Positions 1 to 9,095 are shown, counted from the first letter of the stretch. The stretch is 64,000 nucleotides of DNA from an uncultured Chloroflexia bacterium (GCA_963752475.1 CAVVYR010000001.1:32001-96000); one strand, 5' to 3'. The notes: generated from the sequence alone by a model not told the origin. A program made the numbers and translations.

Positions 1-18
1 GCCAGCCATCCTGAGGGC

Positions 19-555
19 ATGATCGCCACGGAGCGTCGGACGAACCTGGGCCTGTACCTCACCGCCCGGGAGGCGTATGACCTATGGCAGGAAGACCCCG
101 ACGGCGTCCGGATCCTCGACTGCCGCACGCCTGAGGAGTACGTCTTCGTGGGCCACCCACCCATGGCCGTCAACATCCCCTTCGCGTTCCAGTCCTTCGA
201 GTGGGATCCGGAGCGCAAGGGCTTCCACTGGGAACTCAACCCGGGCTTCCTGGCGGCCGTTCGACGCTGGGCAGGGCCAGACGAGACCATCCTCGTCGGC
301 TGCCGCTCCGGCGGCCGCGCGGCGACGGCTATCGACCTCCTTGCCGCGGAGACGGGATACACGAGGACCTACAACATCCTTGACGGGATGGAAGGCGCCA
401 AGGTCGATGATCCCGATAGCGTCTTCGACGGCATGCGCATGAAGAACGGCTGGAAGAACTCCGGCCTGCCGTGGACCTATGAGATCGATCCGGCGAAGAT
501 GGTCCTCCCGGCACGGCAAAGCGAGGCGTTGATGCCGGGGAACGAGCACGACTGA
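19..555 (+). CDS. Rhodanese-like sulfurtransferase domain protein
   Basis: ILDCRTPEEY...GHP..AVNIP N-terminal motif, CRSGGRA active-site loop, and GWKNSGLPW C-terminus typical of rhodanese. Confidence 0.9.
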   Translation: MIATERRTNLGLYLTAREAYDLWQEDPDGVRILDCRTPEEYVFVGHPPMAVNIPFAFQSFEWDPERKGFHWELNPGFLAAVRRWAGPDETILVGCRSGGRAATAIDLLAAETGYTRTYNILDGMEGAKVDDPDSVFDGMRMKNGWKNSGLPWTYEIDPAKMVLPARQSEALMPGNEHD

Positions 556-691
556 CCCCGTGTCGCGGTCGAGTCCTCGATGGTGAGCGGCGTCTGCGGC
601 TGCCCGATCTGGCCGTGTGTTGCGAGCGGTGCCGCGGCTGTTCTCCTGGATCACATTCGGGCAGCGCAGCCGCGGGCGGACGCCGGGTCGG

Positions 692-1873
692 CTACGGATC
701 GATCAGGTCGGCCAAGGCCTGGAACCCCGGGTCGAGGACGGCGAGCGCGCTGAACAGGGCCCCGCTGTCCGCGCAGGTGTTGGTGAAGACGACGGCCGTC
801 TCGCCGGTCTCGGGATCGTGGCCGGCCCAGCCCTCCCAGCCGATGGCTTCGCCCTCGTGGCCGAACTGGGTCCCAGCCTGCATGATGCCGAGGCCGTAGG
901 TGAGGGGGCCTCCAAGGGCGGCGTCGTGCATCTCGAGGCGCTGCGCGGCGAGCTCGTCGGAGAGCAGCGCACTGCCGCTCATCGAGGCAGCCCAAGTGCC
1001 GAGGTCGTCGAGGTCGGAGTGCATGCTGCCACCGATCTGGCCGTAGCTCGCGTTCCAGTCGGTGAGGTCGGTACCGTCCGGGACCGGATCGGCACCGTCG
1101 CCCACCAGCTCTTCGTTGCAGGCCGGGCTCATGTAGCCGCGGGCGAACGGCTCGGGCAGCGTGGTGTCGTCGTTGTACGGCAGGGCCGTGTCGGGCATGC
1201 CCAAGGGCTCGGTCAGGCGCTCCGTGACCAGCTCCTGGATGGGCTGCCCGGTGAGCGTCTCGGCGATCTCCTGGAGGATGACGTAGCCGGTGGTGCTGTA
1301 GCCGGGGGTACCCACGGGCGCCAGGCCACGCTCGACGCCGTAGCCGATGAGGTCGATCGGGTCCCACTGCGTATCGGGCGCCCGGGTCACAGCGGCCACC
1401 GTCGCATCGGACACGTTCATGTAGTCGGGGATGCCACTGGTCATGCCCAGCAGATCGCTGACACTGATGTCAGCTACCTCGGGGAACTGCTCTGCCAGGG
1501 CGGGATCGGCATCGGCGACGGTGTCGTCGAGCGCCAACAGCCCCTCGTCCACGAGCTGCAGGATGATGGCCGCGCCGAAGGTCTTGCTGACGCTGCCGAT
1601 GCGGAAGTGGTCGTCGATGGCGGCCGCCCGATCGTTGGCCACGTCCGCGAGGCCGTAGGCCTGCTGGTACACGCCCCGCTCGGGGCTCCACAGGCCAACG
1701 TAGAAGGCGGGCACCTCTGGATGCTTCTCCATGACCGCGACGATGCCGGCGTCGATGGCAGCGGCATCCTCGGCGGACATGGGCTCGGTGGGCAGCGGCA
1801 CGTCCGCAGCAGCGACGGGGGCGGCCAGCGACAGCGCGAGAACGGCGGTGGTGAGGAGCGTGGGCGTGCGCAT
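692..1873 (-). CDS. Secreted serine hydrolase, beta-lactamase/D-Ala-D-Ala carboxypeptidase family
   Basis: Signal peptide MRTPTLLTTAVLALSLAAPVAAA; FRIGSVSK (SxxK), LLGMTSGI, YSTTGY and GHEG motifs. Confidence 0.88.
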   Translation of the reverse strand: MRTPTLLTTAVLALSLAAPVAAADVPLPTEPMSAEDAAAIDAGIVAVMEKHPEVPAFYVGLWSPERGVYQQAYGLADVANDRAAAIDDHFRIGSVSKTFGAAIILQLVDEGLLALDDTVADADPALAEQFPEVADISVSDLLGMTSGIPDYMNVSDATVAAVTRAPDTQWDPIDLIGYGVERGLAPVGTPGYSTTGYVILQEIAETLTGQPIQELVTERLTEPLGMPDTALPYNDDTTLPEPFARGYMSPACNEELVGDGADPVPDGTDLTDWNASYGQIGGSMHSDLDDLGTWAASMSGSALLSDELAAQRLEMHDAALGGPLTYGLGIMQAGTQFGHEGEAIGWEGWAGHDPETGETAVVFTNTCADSGALFSALAVLDPGFQALADLIDP

Positions 1874-1989
1874 CGGTTCTCCAAGGCGTAGGAAGGCTGG
1901 GTGGACCATTCTGCCAAACACCGACGAGATGAGCGCCGATGGGCCTGCTGCGAGCACGACCCCCGAACGACAGAGACAGTTCCAGCCCG

Positions 1990-2700
1990 TCAGTCATCTT
2001 CCTCGCGCTCGTCCTTTTCGTCGCGTTCATCTCGCTCGTCCTTCTCATCGCGCTCGTCCCGCTCCTTCGGCTCCGGTGTCTCGCGCTTCTCTTTCTGCTG
2101 GCGCTCCTCCGGCTCGGGCGTCTCACGCTCCGTGCGGTCCTCGGAGTCGGTCCGTGCCCGTTCGGTGACCGACGGCGTCGCGACCGGGGTCGGCGAGGGT
2201 GACGGTGTCGGCGAGGGTGACGGTGTCGCGACCGGGGTCGGAGATGGTGACGGTGTCGGCTCGCTGGTCGCAGCCGGCGACTCCGTGGGTACTGCCCCGG
2301 GAACGATCGCCGCAGGCGTCGTGCCATCCGGCCCCAGGAGTGACAAGGCGCCACCAGTCACGAAGGCCCCTCCGACGCCGACCACGATGATCACGCTCAG
2401 GAACAGCGCCGCCGCAGAGGCACGGGCCGACGTCGCGACCTGGGAGGTCGGCTCGAAAGCCAGCCGCCACGCAGCTGCCAACGCGGCGAGAGCATCACGG
2501 ATGGCAAGGCGTCGAACAGAACGCAGGAAGACCCGACCTGGTGACGGCGTCGGCTCCTCCGCGACGCGAGCCATGACGCGGTCGGTGAAGGATCCACGCT
2601 CCATCGAGGTACCGCTCCGCTGCAGCCGTGTCGTTCCGTCTACCGGTCCGACGGACCCGCGCTCCGGCCCCTGGGTTTCGTGCCGCTGTCTCCTCGTCAT
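1990..2700 (-). CDS. Putative membrane anti-sigma factor
   Basis: Overlaps the sigma-factor stop (ATGA). Has an FTDRVMARV helix, one TM segment, a Pro/Thr-rich linker and a D/E/R-rich tail. Confidence 0.7.
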   Translation of the reverse strand: MTRRQRHETQGPERGSVGPVDGTTRLQRSGTSMERGSFTDRVMARVAEEPTPSPGRVFLRSVRRLAIRDALAALAAAWRLAFEPTSQVATSARASAAALFLSVIIVVGVGGAFVTGGALSLLGPDGTTPAAIVPGAVPTESPAATSEPTPSPSPTPVATPSPSPTPSPSPTPVATPSVTERARTDSEDRTERETPEPEERQQKEKRETPEPKERDERDEKDERDERDEKDEREEDD

Positions 2701-3326
2701 GACCCAAGCCTCCCCCGTAGGGCTGCCAGTGCCCGATGCAGTCGCGACTTGACCGTCCCGAGGGGCGCGCCGGTGGCCGAGGAGATCTCCTCGAGCGACA
2801 TGCCGCGATAGAAGCGCATCTCGACGATGCGGCGCTGATGCTCCGGCAGCGTGGAGATCGCCCGCTGGACCTCCGCTCGGCGTTCTCCATCAAGGAGGAC
2901 GCGCTCGGGGTCGATACCCTCTCCTGCGTCGATGAGCCAGCCGTCCTCACGGGTGGGGTCAGCCCGCAACTCGGTCGGGCGCTTGAGCTTGGCGTAGGCC
3001 ATGCGCGAAGCGATCCGGCCGACCCACGCGCCGAAGGCCCCGTCACCGCGGAAGGTCGGCAGAGCTCGGTACGCCTGGATGAACGCCTCCTGGGCGACAT
3101 CCTCGGCGAGCTGGGGATCACGGAGCACGCGGCGACAGAGGCCGATCACGTTCTCCTTCTCCCGATCGACGAGCAGGCGGTAGGCCTCATCATCACCCGC
3201 GATCACGGCGTCCACGAGGGCCCGATCCGTCGGCTCCAGCGTCATCGATCTCGAATCGCTGTCATCGAATCCACTGTAGGCGGCCCGGTCGGGACGCGTC
3301 AGCGGAACGGCTAGCTCCAACCCCAT
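2697..3326 (-). CDS. ECF (sigma-70 group 4) RNA polymerase sigma factor
   Basis: AEDVAQEAFIQAYRAL..FRGD..FGAW (region 2) and LPEHQR...MSLEEIS...PLGTVKSRLHRA (region 4). Alternative start at 3245. Confidence 0.95.
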   Translation of the reverse strand: MGLELAVPLTRPDRAAYSGFDDSDSRSMTLEPTDRALVDAVIAGDDEAYRLLVDREKENVIGLCRRVLRDPQLAEDVAQEAFIQAYRALPTFRGDGAFGAWVGRIASRMAYAKLKRPTELRADPTREDGWLIDAGEGIDPERVLLDGERRAEVQRAISTLPEHQRRIVEMRFYRGMSLEEISSATGAPLGTVKSRLHRALAALRGRLGS

Positions 3327-3401
3327 GCTCCACGCTGGGCATCACTCGAGATCTTCATCTCCACCTGCTTGCTGCACTCCGGCACATCGATCTTCGTCAC
3401 C

Positions 3402-3435
3402 TACCTGAGGGTCGAACCGCCTCGAAGGTTCCATC
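3402..3435 (-). promoter_or_regulatory. Putative ECF promoter toward the sigma/anti-sigma operon
   Basis: Minus strand reads GATGGAACCTT-N13-CCCTCAGGTA. GGAAC is the ECF-type -35 element, and an identical copy faces the other way. Confidence 0.75.
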
Positions 3436-3448
3436 TGATTCGGAACCC

Positions 3449-3482
3449 GATGGAACCTTTTCGACCGACGGGCCCTCAGGTA
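3449..3482 (+). promoter_or_regulatory. Putative ECF promoter toward the flavinylation operon
   Basis: Plus strand reads GATGGAACCTT-N13-CCCTCAGGTA, about 30 nt upstream of AGGAG and the ATG at 3515. Confidence 0.75.
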
Positions 3483-3514
3483 TTCGACACAGCGAGCAGT
3501 AGGAGTCCCCCACC

Positions 3515-3928
3515 ATGCGACAACGTCTCGCCATCGCCCTGAGCGGCCTCGTCGCCGCCGCGGTCCTGGCGGTTGGCCTGACCGCCGCCGGCTTCGGCCC
3601 GGAGCCGCGACCGGCTGCAGCCGATGAGATCGAGGCCGTGGCTGCCGAGATGACGATCGAGGACACCGAGCCCGAGGTCGTCTACATCAAGCCCGCGCCC
3701 AAGCCCAAGACCGTGGTCGTGAAGAAGCGCGTGCAACAGCAGGCTGCAAGCTCTGCCAGGAAAGACACCAAGCGGGCTCGTACCACGCGGTCTAGGGACG
3801 ACGAGGACGAGGCCGAGCACCGGCGCGAGTCGAGGAAGGAGCGCCGCGAGGACCGACGCGAGGAGGCGAAGGAGCGCCGCGAGGAGCGCCGGGAGCACGA
3901 GCGCGAAGATGAGGAGGACGACGACTGA
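3515..3928 (+). CDS. Small exported/membrane-anchored protein with charged low-complexity tail
   Basis: AGGAG RBS, hydrophobic N-terminus, PEVVYIKP motif, E/R/D/H-rich C-terminus. Its stop overlaps the next start. Confidence 0.75.
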   Translation: MRQRLAIALSGLVAAAVLAVGLTAAGFGPEPRPAAADEIEAVAAEMTIEDTEPEVVYIKPAPKPKTVVVKKRVQQQAASSARKDTKRARTTRSRDDEDEAEHRRESRKERREDRREEAKERREERREHEREDEEDDD

Positions 3929-4320
3929 TGGAGCCGAGGAACGCGGCCGCACCGAGCGAGCAGAAGCCGCCGGCGCGAGGACTCCGCCGCGACAAGCCCG
4001 ATCCACGGCCTGCACGCCTGATGCTTGGGGCGGCCGCGCTCGCCGCCGTGACGGTCGTCGGAGCTGGCCTGGTCGACTTCCCGCCGGCGGTGGCGGAAGA
4101 GCCGCTGCCCGCACCCGCCAAGGCGGGAGTCACGAAGGTCGACAAGGTGAAACAGCCGATCAAGTACGTTCGCCTGAAGCCGGGGCAGAAGGCTCCGAAG
4201 GGAGCGAAGGTCATCAAGGAAGCCGCGCCCACGCCACGTGTCGTCGTGCAGCGGGTGGTCGTGCCGGCACAGAGCCAGACACGACGTCCCGTGACTCGCT
4301 CCAGGCAGTCGGGCGGATGA
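3928..4320 (+). CDS. Small membrane-anchored protein, candidate ApbE substrate
   Basis: One TM segment, a basic beta-rich region, C-terminus VTRSRQSGG. Translationally coupled to apbE. Confidence 0.7.
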   Translation: MEPRNAAAPSEQKPPARGLRRDKPDPRPARLMLGAAALAAVTVVGAGLVDFPPAVAEEPLPAPAKAGVTKVDKVKQPIKYVRLKPGQKAPKGAKVIKEAAPTPRVVVQRVVVPAQSQTRRPVTRSRQSGG

Positions 4321-5264
4321 TGGTCGTTCCCACCAGCGACGCACCGACGGTCCGGCAGGCCACGCTCGAGACCGAGCTCAGGACGCGATCGATGGGTGGC
4401 GGACTCCGGCTCATCGTCACCTCCGCGGTGGAGGACGGCGAACGAGCCGAGCAGGAGTTGCGACGTGCCGCCGAACGCATCGATGCATGGGCCCGTCGGC
4501 TAACGCGCTTCACGGACACGTCAGACTTGGCCATCCTCAATGCAGAGCCCGAGCGATCGCCGCTGGCTCTCCGCCCGACGCTCGCCTCGGTCCTGTCGCA
4601 CGCGCGTCACATGGCCGCGGCGACGGAAGACATGGTCGACGTCACGATGCTGGACGCGCGCCTCGCGGCGGAGACCGGCGAGTGGACGGTGCCAAGTGGC
4701 CATTCGGCCTGGCATCTGACCGGTAGCGGGCGACGGCAGACCCTCGTGCGCGCTGGTCGGGTCCGGTTCGATCTGGACGGTGTCGCGAAGGGCTGGATGG
4801 CCGACCGTGCCCTGCGCCTTCTCGAGACCTATCCGAACGCACTCGTCGACGCCGACGGCGACGTTGCCGTGCGGTCGTCGTCCGCCGGCTGGGGCATCGC
4901 CGTGGCGCACCCCGACGACGATCTCGTCGAGCTGGCGCGGCTGCGACTCCCCCGAGACTGGCCCACGGACAGCTTCGGCGTGGCGACGTCGGGAATCAGC
5001 GTGCACCAGTGGCGACTTCCCACGGGAGCGAGCCACCACCTGATCGATCCGCGCACGAGCCGCCCCGCTGTGACCGACGTCGTGCAGGCGTCCGTGGTTG
5101 CCACGAGCACCGGCTTGGCCGAGGCCCTCGCCAAGTCGGCCGTCATCCGGGGTTCGCACGACGGCCTCGAGCTTCTTGATCGTGCCGGGGCATGGGGGGC
5201 GTTGCTCCTGCTGGAGGATGGCGACCTGGTGATGACTCCCGACACGACGCGGTGGATCGCCTGA
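4317..5264 (+). CDS. apbE: FAD:protein FMN transferase (ApbE family)
   Basis: LTRF..SDL..LN, FDLDGVAKGWMAD, VDADGDV, GVATSG, HHLIDPRT and AEALAK motifs. No obvious signal peptide. Confidence 0.93.
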   Translation: MMVVPTSDAPTVRQATLETELRTRSMGGGLRLIVTSAVEDGERAEQELRRAAERIDAWARRLTRFTDTSDLAILNAEPERSPLALRPTLASVLSHARHMAAATEDMVDVTMLDARLAAETGEWTVPSGHSAWHLTGSGRRQTLVRAGRVRFDLDGVAKGWMADRALRLLETYPNALVDADGDVAVRSSSAGWGIAVAHPDDDLVELARLRLPRDWPTDSFGVATSGISVHQWRLPTGASHHLIDPRTSRPAVTDVVQASVVATSTGLAEALAKSAVIRGSHDGLELLDRAGAWGALLLLEDGDLVMTPDTTRWIA

Positions 5265-6013
5265 TGCGACAAGGTCGATTTCCTCGCCTGCGTTGGGTTC
5301 GCTGGGGACTCTTCGCGGTGCTCGTCGTCCTCATCGTCGGCGCGACCGGACCTCGGGCCTGGGACCAGGCATCCGGTTGGCTTCGCGACGAGTACGAACG
5401 CCTCCCCTGGTACACGACGCGCATCACCGCGCTGCTGTCGTACCTGGCCTTGAGTGCTTCGACGATCTACGGGCTGCTGCTCTCGACCAAGCTGCTCGAC
5501 CGAGTGACGCATCGTCCGATCTCGTTCACGCTCCATCAGGATCTCGCCGGGGTCGGGGTCGCGCTCGCGCTGGTCCATGCGGCCGTGCTGATGATCGACC
5601 GCTCCGTGCCGTACTCCCCCCTCGAGGTCGTCGTCCCGTTCGCCGGTCCATACCGGCCGCTGTGGGTAGGCATCGGCCAGATCGCCATGGGCCTGTCCCT
5701 GGTCGTCTTGCTGAGCTTCTACGTCCGCAAGCGCATCGGGACTCGAGCCTGGCGCACTGTCCACTACCTGTCGTTCGCCGCGTTCGTCGGTGCCACGATC
5801 CACGGGCTCATGGCGGGGTCCGACACCAGCGCGGGCTGGGTCTACGCGGGGTATCTCGCGGCCACGGTCGTGGTGGTATTCCTCACGACGTATCGAGTCG
5901 TTCTTGCGATGGGCGCCAGGAGCGGCGAGCGACGCGTGCCGACTCCCGCAGGACGCACGAAGACCACGGCAGGCCCAGGCACGCTACCGCCTGTCGAGCC
6001 ATCGGCGGGCTGA
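5264..6013 (+). CDS. Ferric-reductase-like/MsrQ-like di-heme b membrane protein
   Basis: Multiple TM helices with four His (LHQD, VHAA, VHYL, IHGL); YRPLWVGIG and WRTVHYLSF motifs. Confidence 0.88.
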   Translation: MRQGRFPRLRWVRWGLFAVLVVLIVGATGPRAWDQASGWLRDEYERLPWYTTRITALLSYLALSASTIYGLLLSTKLLDRVTHRPISFTLHQDLAGVGVALALVHAAVLMIDRSVPYSPLEVVVPFAGPYRPLWVGIGQIAMGLSLVVLLSFYVRKRIGTRAWRTVHYLSFAAFVGATIHGLMAGSDTSAGWVYAGYLAATVVVVFLTTYRVVLAMGARSGERRVPTPAGRTKTTAGPGTLPPVEPSAG

Positions 6014-6016
6014 GCG

Positions 6017-6313
6017 CTACCTGTTGCGGAGCCAGCGTTCCAGAACCGCCCGATCGACGATGCCGAGCACCAACAGCACTCGGTCGCTGTCGATGACGTC
6101 GTACATCACACGGTAGTCGCCGATCCGCAGCCGGTGGAAGGTGTCGTCTGTGCCGCTGATGGTCTTGACTGACTTGCCAGGGACGCGTCCCGAGCGGGCC
6201 ACGTCGCGCGCCAGCCGCTCGAGTACGCGGCGAACGCGACCGCGCTCGGCATCACCGAGCTTCCTGAACTGCCGGAGCGCCGACCGTGAGAGCCGGACCT
6301 CGTAGGCGGTCAG
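6017..6313 (-). CDS. RelE/ParE-family toxin
   Basis: YEVRLSRSALRQFRKL...FHRLRIGDYRVMYDV. The frame is open up to a CTG at 6313 that follows GGAGG. Confidence 0.88.
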   Translation of the reverse strand: MTAYEVRLSRSALRQFRKLGDAERGRVRRVLERLARDVARSGRVPGKSVKTISGTDDTFHRLRIGDYRVMYDVIDSDRVLLVLGIVDRAVLERWLRNR

Positions 6314-6546
6314 TCGATGTCCTCCAGACTTGCGGTCCGCCCCTTCGCGTAGTCAGCGCGAGCGACCTTTCGCTGACGGACATACTCGCCGGCATTGGCG
6401 AGCACGAGATCCTCGGCCTCGTCGAGCGGCAACAGGACCGCAGCCGGCCGTCCACGCTTGGTGACGACGTAGGCGGAGCCACCTTCGACCTCATCGATGA
6501 CCGATGAAGCTGTCGCCTTCAGATCCTTGATCCCGATCTCTGCCAT
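6310..6546 (-). CDS. Phd/YefM-family antitoxin
   Basis: IGIKDLKATASSVIDEV...YVVTKRGRPAAVLLP; overlaps the toxin start. Confidence 0.92.
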   Translation of the reverse strand: MAEIGIKDLKATASSVIDEVEGGSAYVVTKRGRPAAVLLPLDEAEDLVLANAGEYVRQRKVARADYAKGRTASLEDID

Positions 6547-6652
6547 GTCGCAGCTCCATCATGTAGTAGTCACTGAGGTGGTCACCTTATCACCGGCGGT
6601 CCCCACCCTTCACCAACTCCCAGGCGCCCGAGGATCGACTGCGGGAGCTCCC

Positions 6653-9001
6653 TCAGTCGGACGGAGTTTCCTCCGTGTCAGGACCAAACCGCGAGACGAT
6701 GAAGTCGGGCACGTCCCATAGGGCCGCCAGGTCGTCACCGAAGAAGACCGGAGCACCAAAACGCCGCAGCGTGTCACGGAGGCTGCCTGCCAGGGTCCCC
6801 TGCCCCAGGTCTTCCGCGTCCGCGGCCAGTCGGTCGTCGACGCGCAGCCGGACATCATCGGTGGGGTCGAGGAATAGCTGGCCGAAGTTGCGATAGGCGA
6901 AGTCATGACGGAGACAGGCCGCTTCCAGACGCTCATCGAAGAGTTCGCGCAGTGGACCGGCCGAGCAACCGTCGCTGCTCCAGTCGAAGTCGGCATCGAC
7001 GCCGGAGTGCGTGGCCCTGGCGCGCTCGGCGATGAAGTCCTGGAGCGGCAGCTCGAACGCCAGTTCCTCGAGCCGTTGGAGCTGCGACGGGGTCGCTTGC
7101 GGGGTCAGCGGCGGCAGTGGGGCCGACTCCGTCTGACATCGATCAGGTCTGAAGCGGAGGATGACGCAGACCTCTAGCGAGACGTCCCGCAGTGCGGTCC
7201 CGACTCGCGGAGCGAAGCGGTCACTCGACCGTACCGTCACGCCCTCGCCCTCGTCATTCACGACCGACGCGGTCTCGTCCCGTGCCTCGGCTACGTCGAG
7301 GCTGAGCCTGGCTTCCACGGCGTGGCCGTCATCCGCCGTATCCGTCAGCTCCGCCGTCCAGAGAGCGCCAAAGCGGTCACGCCGAGCGCAGACCTCACCT
7401 ACCGCGCCTTCGACTACTGAGGAGACGCAGACTTCGTCGCCGATGTTGGCCGGCGCAGGCTCGGCCTCGGCGTTCGCCAGCCATCGATCGATGGCCGCGC
7501 GCAGCTCATCGGGGCCCGTCAGATGCAATGGCTGACCCGATGGCTCCATATGGCTTGGATAGAGCACAAAGGGTTCCATCTGCGCCCCTCCGATACCGCC
7601 ATGCGAGCCGAGCTGCGGCTCGAACGAGAAGGTCTCCTCGGTGACCGGGTCGTACGTCGAGACCACGACCAGGTCGCCCGCGTTGGCCGGGGCCATGATG
7701 TTCGCCATGCTGATGGCCGCCAGCGGACCATACGGCGCGAGCGGGTCCGTACCGCTGACCGCGCCAGTGACAAGGTCGCGGCTGCCGTCGGCGCCCCTTG
7801 CCTGGTAGCCGTCGGCCGCCTGCAGGCCGACGATCCCGATCCCAGGATGTGCGGCCAGCCCATCGATGAGGCCCGGATGCAACGCCTCGAGCTCTGCTGC
7901 GTCCAGGCGTTGACCGTCGCCGGGGAAGTAGACGTGGGCGAGATTCCCGGATGCCGCCACGACGAGCTCTGGCAGTACGGCCTCGGCCAGCTCCGCGCCC
8001 GGGTCGGACACGAGCCCGCGGACGACCTGGTCCAGCGTCTCGCCGTAGCGCACCGCGAAGGGCTGTCCGTCCGTCTGGCCATGGTCGGAGAGGATGACCA
8101 GGTGATACGGCAGATCGGCCCTCTCGGCCGCGGCGTGGATGAGTCGCAACGAATTGTCGATGTGTCCAAGGGCATCGAGGGCCGCCGGATGGGCCGGGCC
8201 AGCGTAGTGGCCGACCTCATCGTACGTGGTGAACGTGGCGTACATCAGCGGGGTTCCGCGCTGGAGCTCCCGTAGCACCGCCGCGGCTGTCACGTCCACG
8301 AGCGCCCACTCCAGCGCCGGGCCCACGACCGGCACCGGTGCTTTCCGACCGATCTCGCCCAGAGCGAGCGGCGCCGATTCTCCACGGATGACGCGCATGA
8401 GGCCGGCTACCACCCCGTCGGTGAACCCGGCCACGACATGCACATCCTTGGGCAGGTCGGCAACGTAGCGCAGGAGCTCCCAAGCGAGGGCAGCGCCGTC
8501 CAGTCGGGTGGCCGTCAAGACGACGCGGGGCGCACCTCCAGCGAAGAGGTTGGTGATGCTGGCCCCGCCGTCGGTGAGCAGGTCATGCGGACCCTCGAGG
8601 CCCTCGGCGAAGACACGCGCCTGCTCACGATCGAGGAAGTCCAGGAGCTGGCCCGTCTGGCGGTCCCACCAGCGGAAGGCCGGGATGTGTCGCCAGTTCC
8701 CATGCAGCAGACTTCCCTGCGTCACGGGCGTCGAAGTGGCTGCCGTGGTCCGCCAACTGCCGAGGGAGTGCGAGCCGCCGTCCACGAGACTCTGGACGAA
8801 GGGCATGGCGCCAGACTCGAGCGCGAGGCGCAGCGCCGGTTCGGAGAGTCCATCGACTTGCAAGATCACCAGACCCGTCGACTTGCCGCCGGCATCCACG
8901 CCGGGCGCCGGACCACCTCCGGCGTCGACGGCCGCTGACGCAGGGGCCCACGACAGCAGGAGGGTCAGCGTGAACAACGCCCTCGTGACCAGCTTGATCA
9001 T
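6653..9001 (-). CDS. Secreted alkaline-phosphatase-superfamily phosphodiesterase fused to a prokaryotic phospholipase A2 domain
   Basis: Signal peptide; LQVDGLS, YDEVGHYAGP, ILSDHGQ and GSHGGIGG (AP/NPP fold); C-terminal FDWSSDGCS...ACLRHDFAYRN (Streptomyces-type PLA2). Confidence 0.82.
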   Translation of the reverse strand: MIKLVTRALFTLTLLLSWAPASAAVDAGGGPAPGVDAGGKSTGLVILQVDGLSEPALRLALESGAMPFVQSLVDGGSHSLGSWRTTAATSTPVTQGSLLHGNWRHIPAFRWWDRQTGQLLDFLDREQARVFAEGLEGPHDLLTDGGASITNLFAGGAPRVVLTATRLDGAALAWELLRYVADLPKDVHVVAGFTDGVVAGLMRVIRGESAPLALGEIGRKAPVPVVGPALEWALVDVTAAAVLRELQRGTPLMYATFTTYDEVGHYAGPAHPAALDALGHIDNSLRLIHAAAERADLPYHLVILSDHGQTDGQPFAVRYGETLDQVVRGLVSDPGAELAEAVLPELVVAASGNLAHVYFPGDGQRLDAAELEALHPGLIDGLAAHPGIGIVGLQAADGYQARGADGSRDLVTGAVSGTDPLAPYGPLAAISMANIMAPANAGDLVVVSTYDPVTEETFSFEPQLGSHGGIGGAQMEPFVLYPSHMEPSGQPLHLTGPDELRAAIDRWLANAEAEPAPANIGDEVCVSSVVEGAVGEVCARRDRFGALWTAELTDTADDGHAVEARLSLDVAEARDETASVVNDEGEGVTVRSSDRFAPRVGTALRDVSLEVCVILRFRPDRCQTESAPLPPLTPQATPSQLQRLEELAFELPLQDFIAERARATHSGVDADFDWSSDGCSAGPLRELFDERLEAACLRHDFAYRNFGQLFLDPTDDVRLRVDDRLAADAEDLGQGTLAGSLRDTLRRFGAPVFFGDDLAALWDVPDFIVSRFGPDTEETPSD

Positions 9002-9095
9002 GGCCGGGAGCCTAGCGCAGTTGCTACCGCGAGGTTGGCATCTGAGCCTTCCGGCCGTTGGCGCCAAGCGCGTCTTCGACGTCGAGGCTCGGAGG

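Noticed and set aside
2165-2262. Repeated ggtgacggtgtcggcgagg-like units
   Set aside because: They encode the Pro/Thr/Ser linker of the anti-sigma factor, so they are a coding low-complexity repeat.
5020-5035. TGAS in ApbE as a self-flavinylation site
   Set aside because: It lies just before the conserved HHLIDP core motif and lacks the upstream Asp context, so it is likely coincidental.
6563-6586. GTAGTCAC/GTGGTCAC pair upstream of the Phd antitoxin as an operator
   Set aside because: Plausible, but two short imperfect copies are too weak to call.
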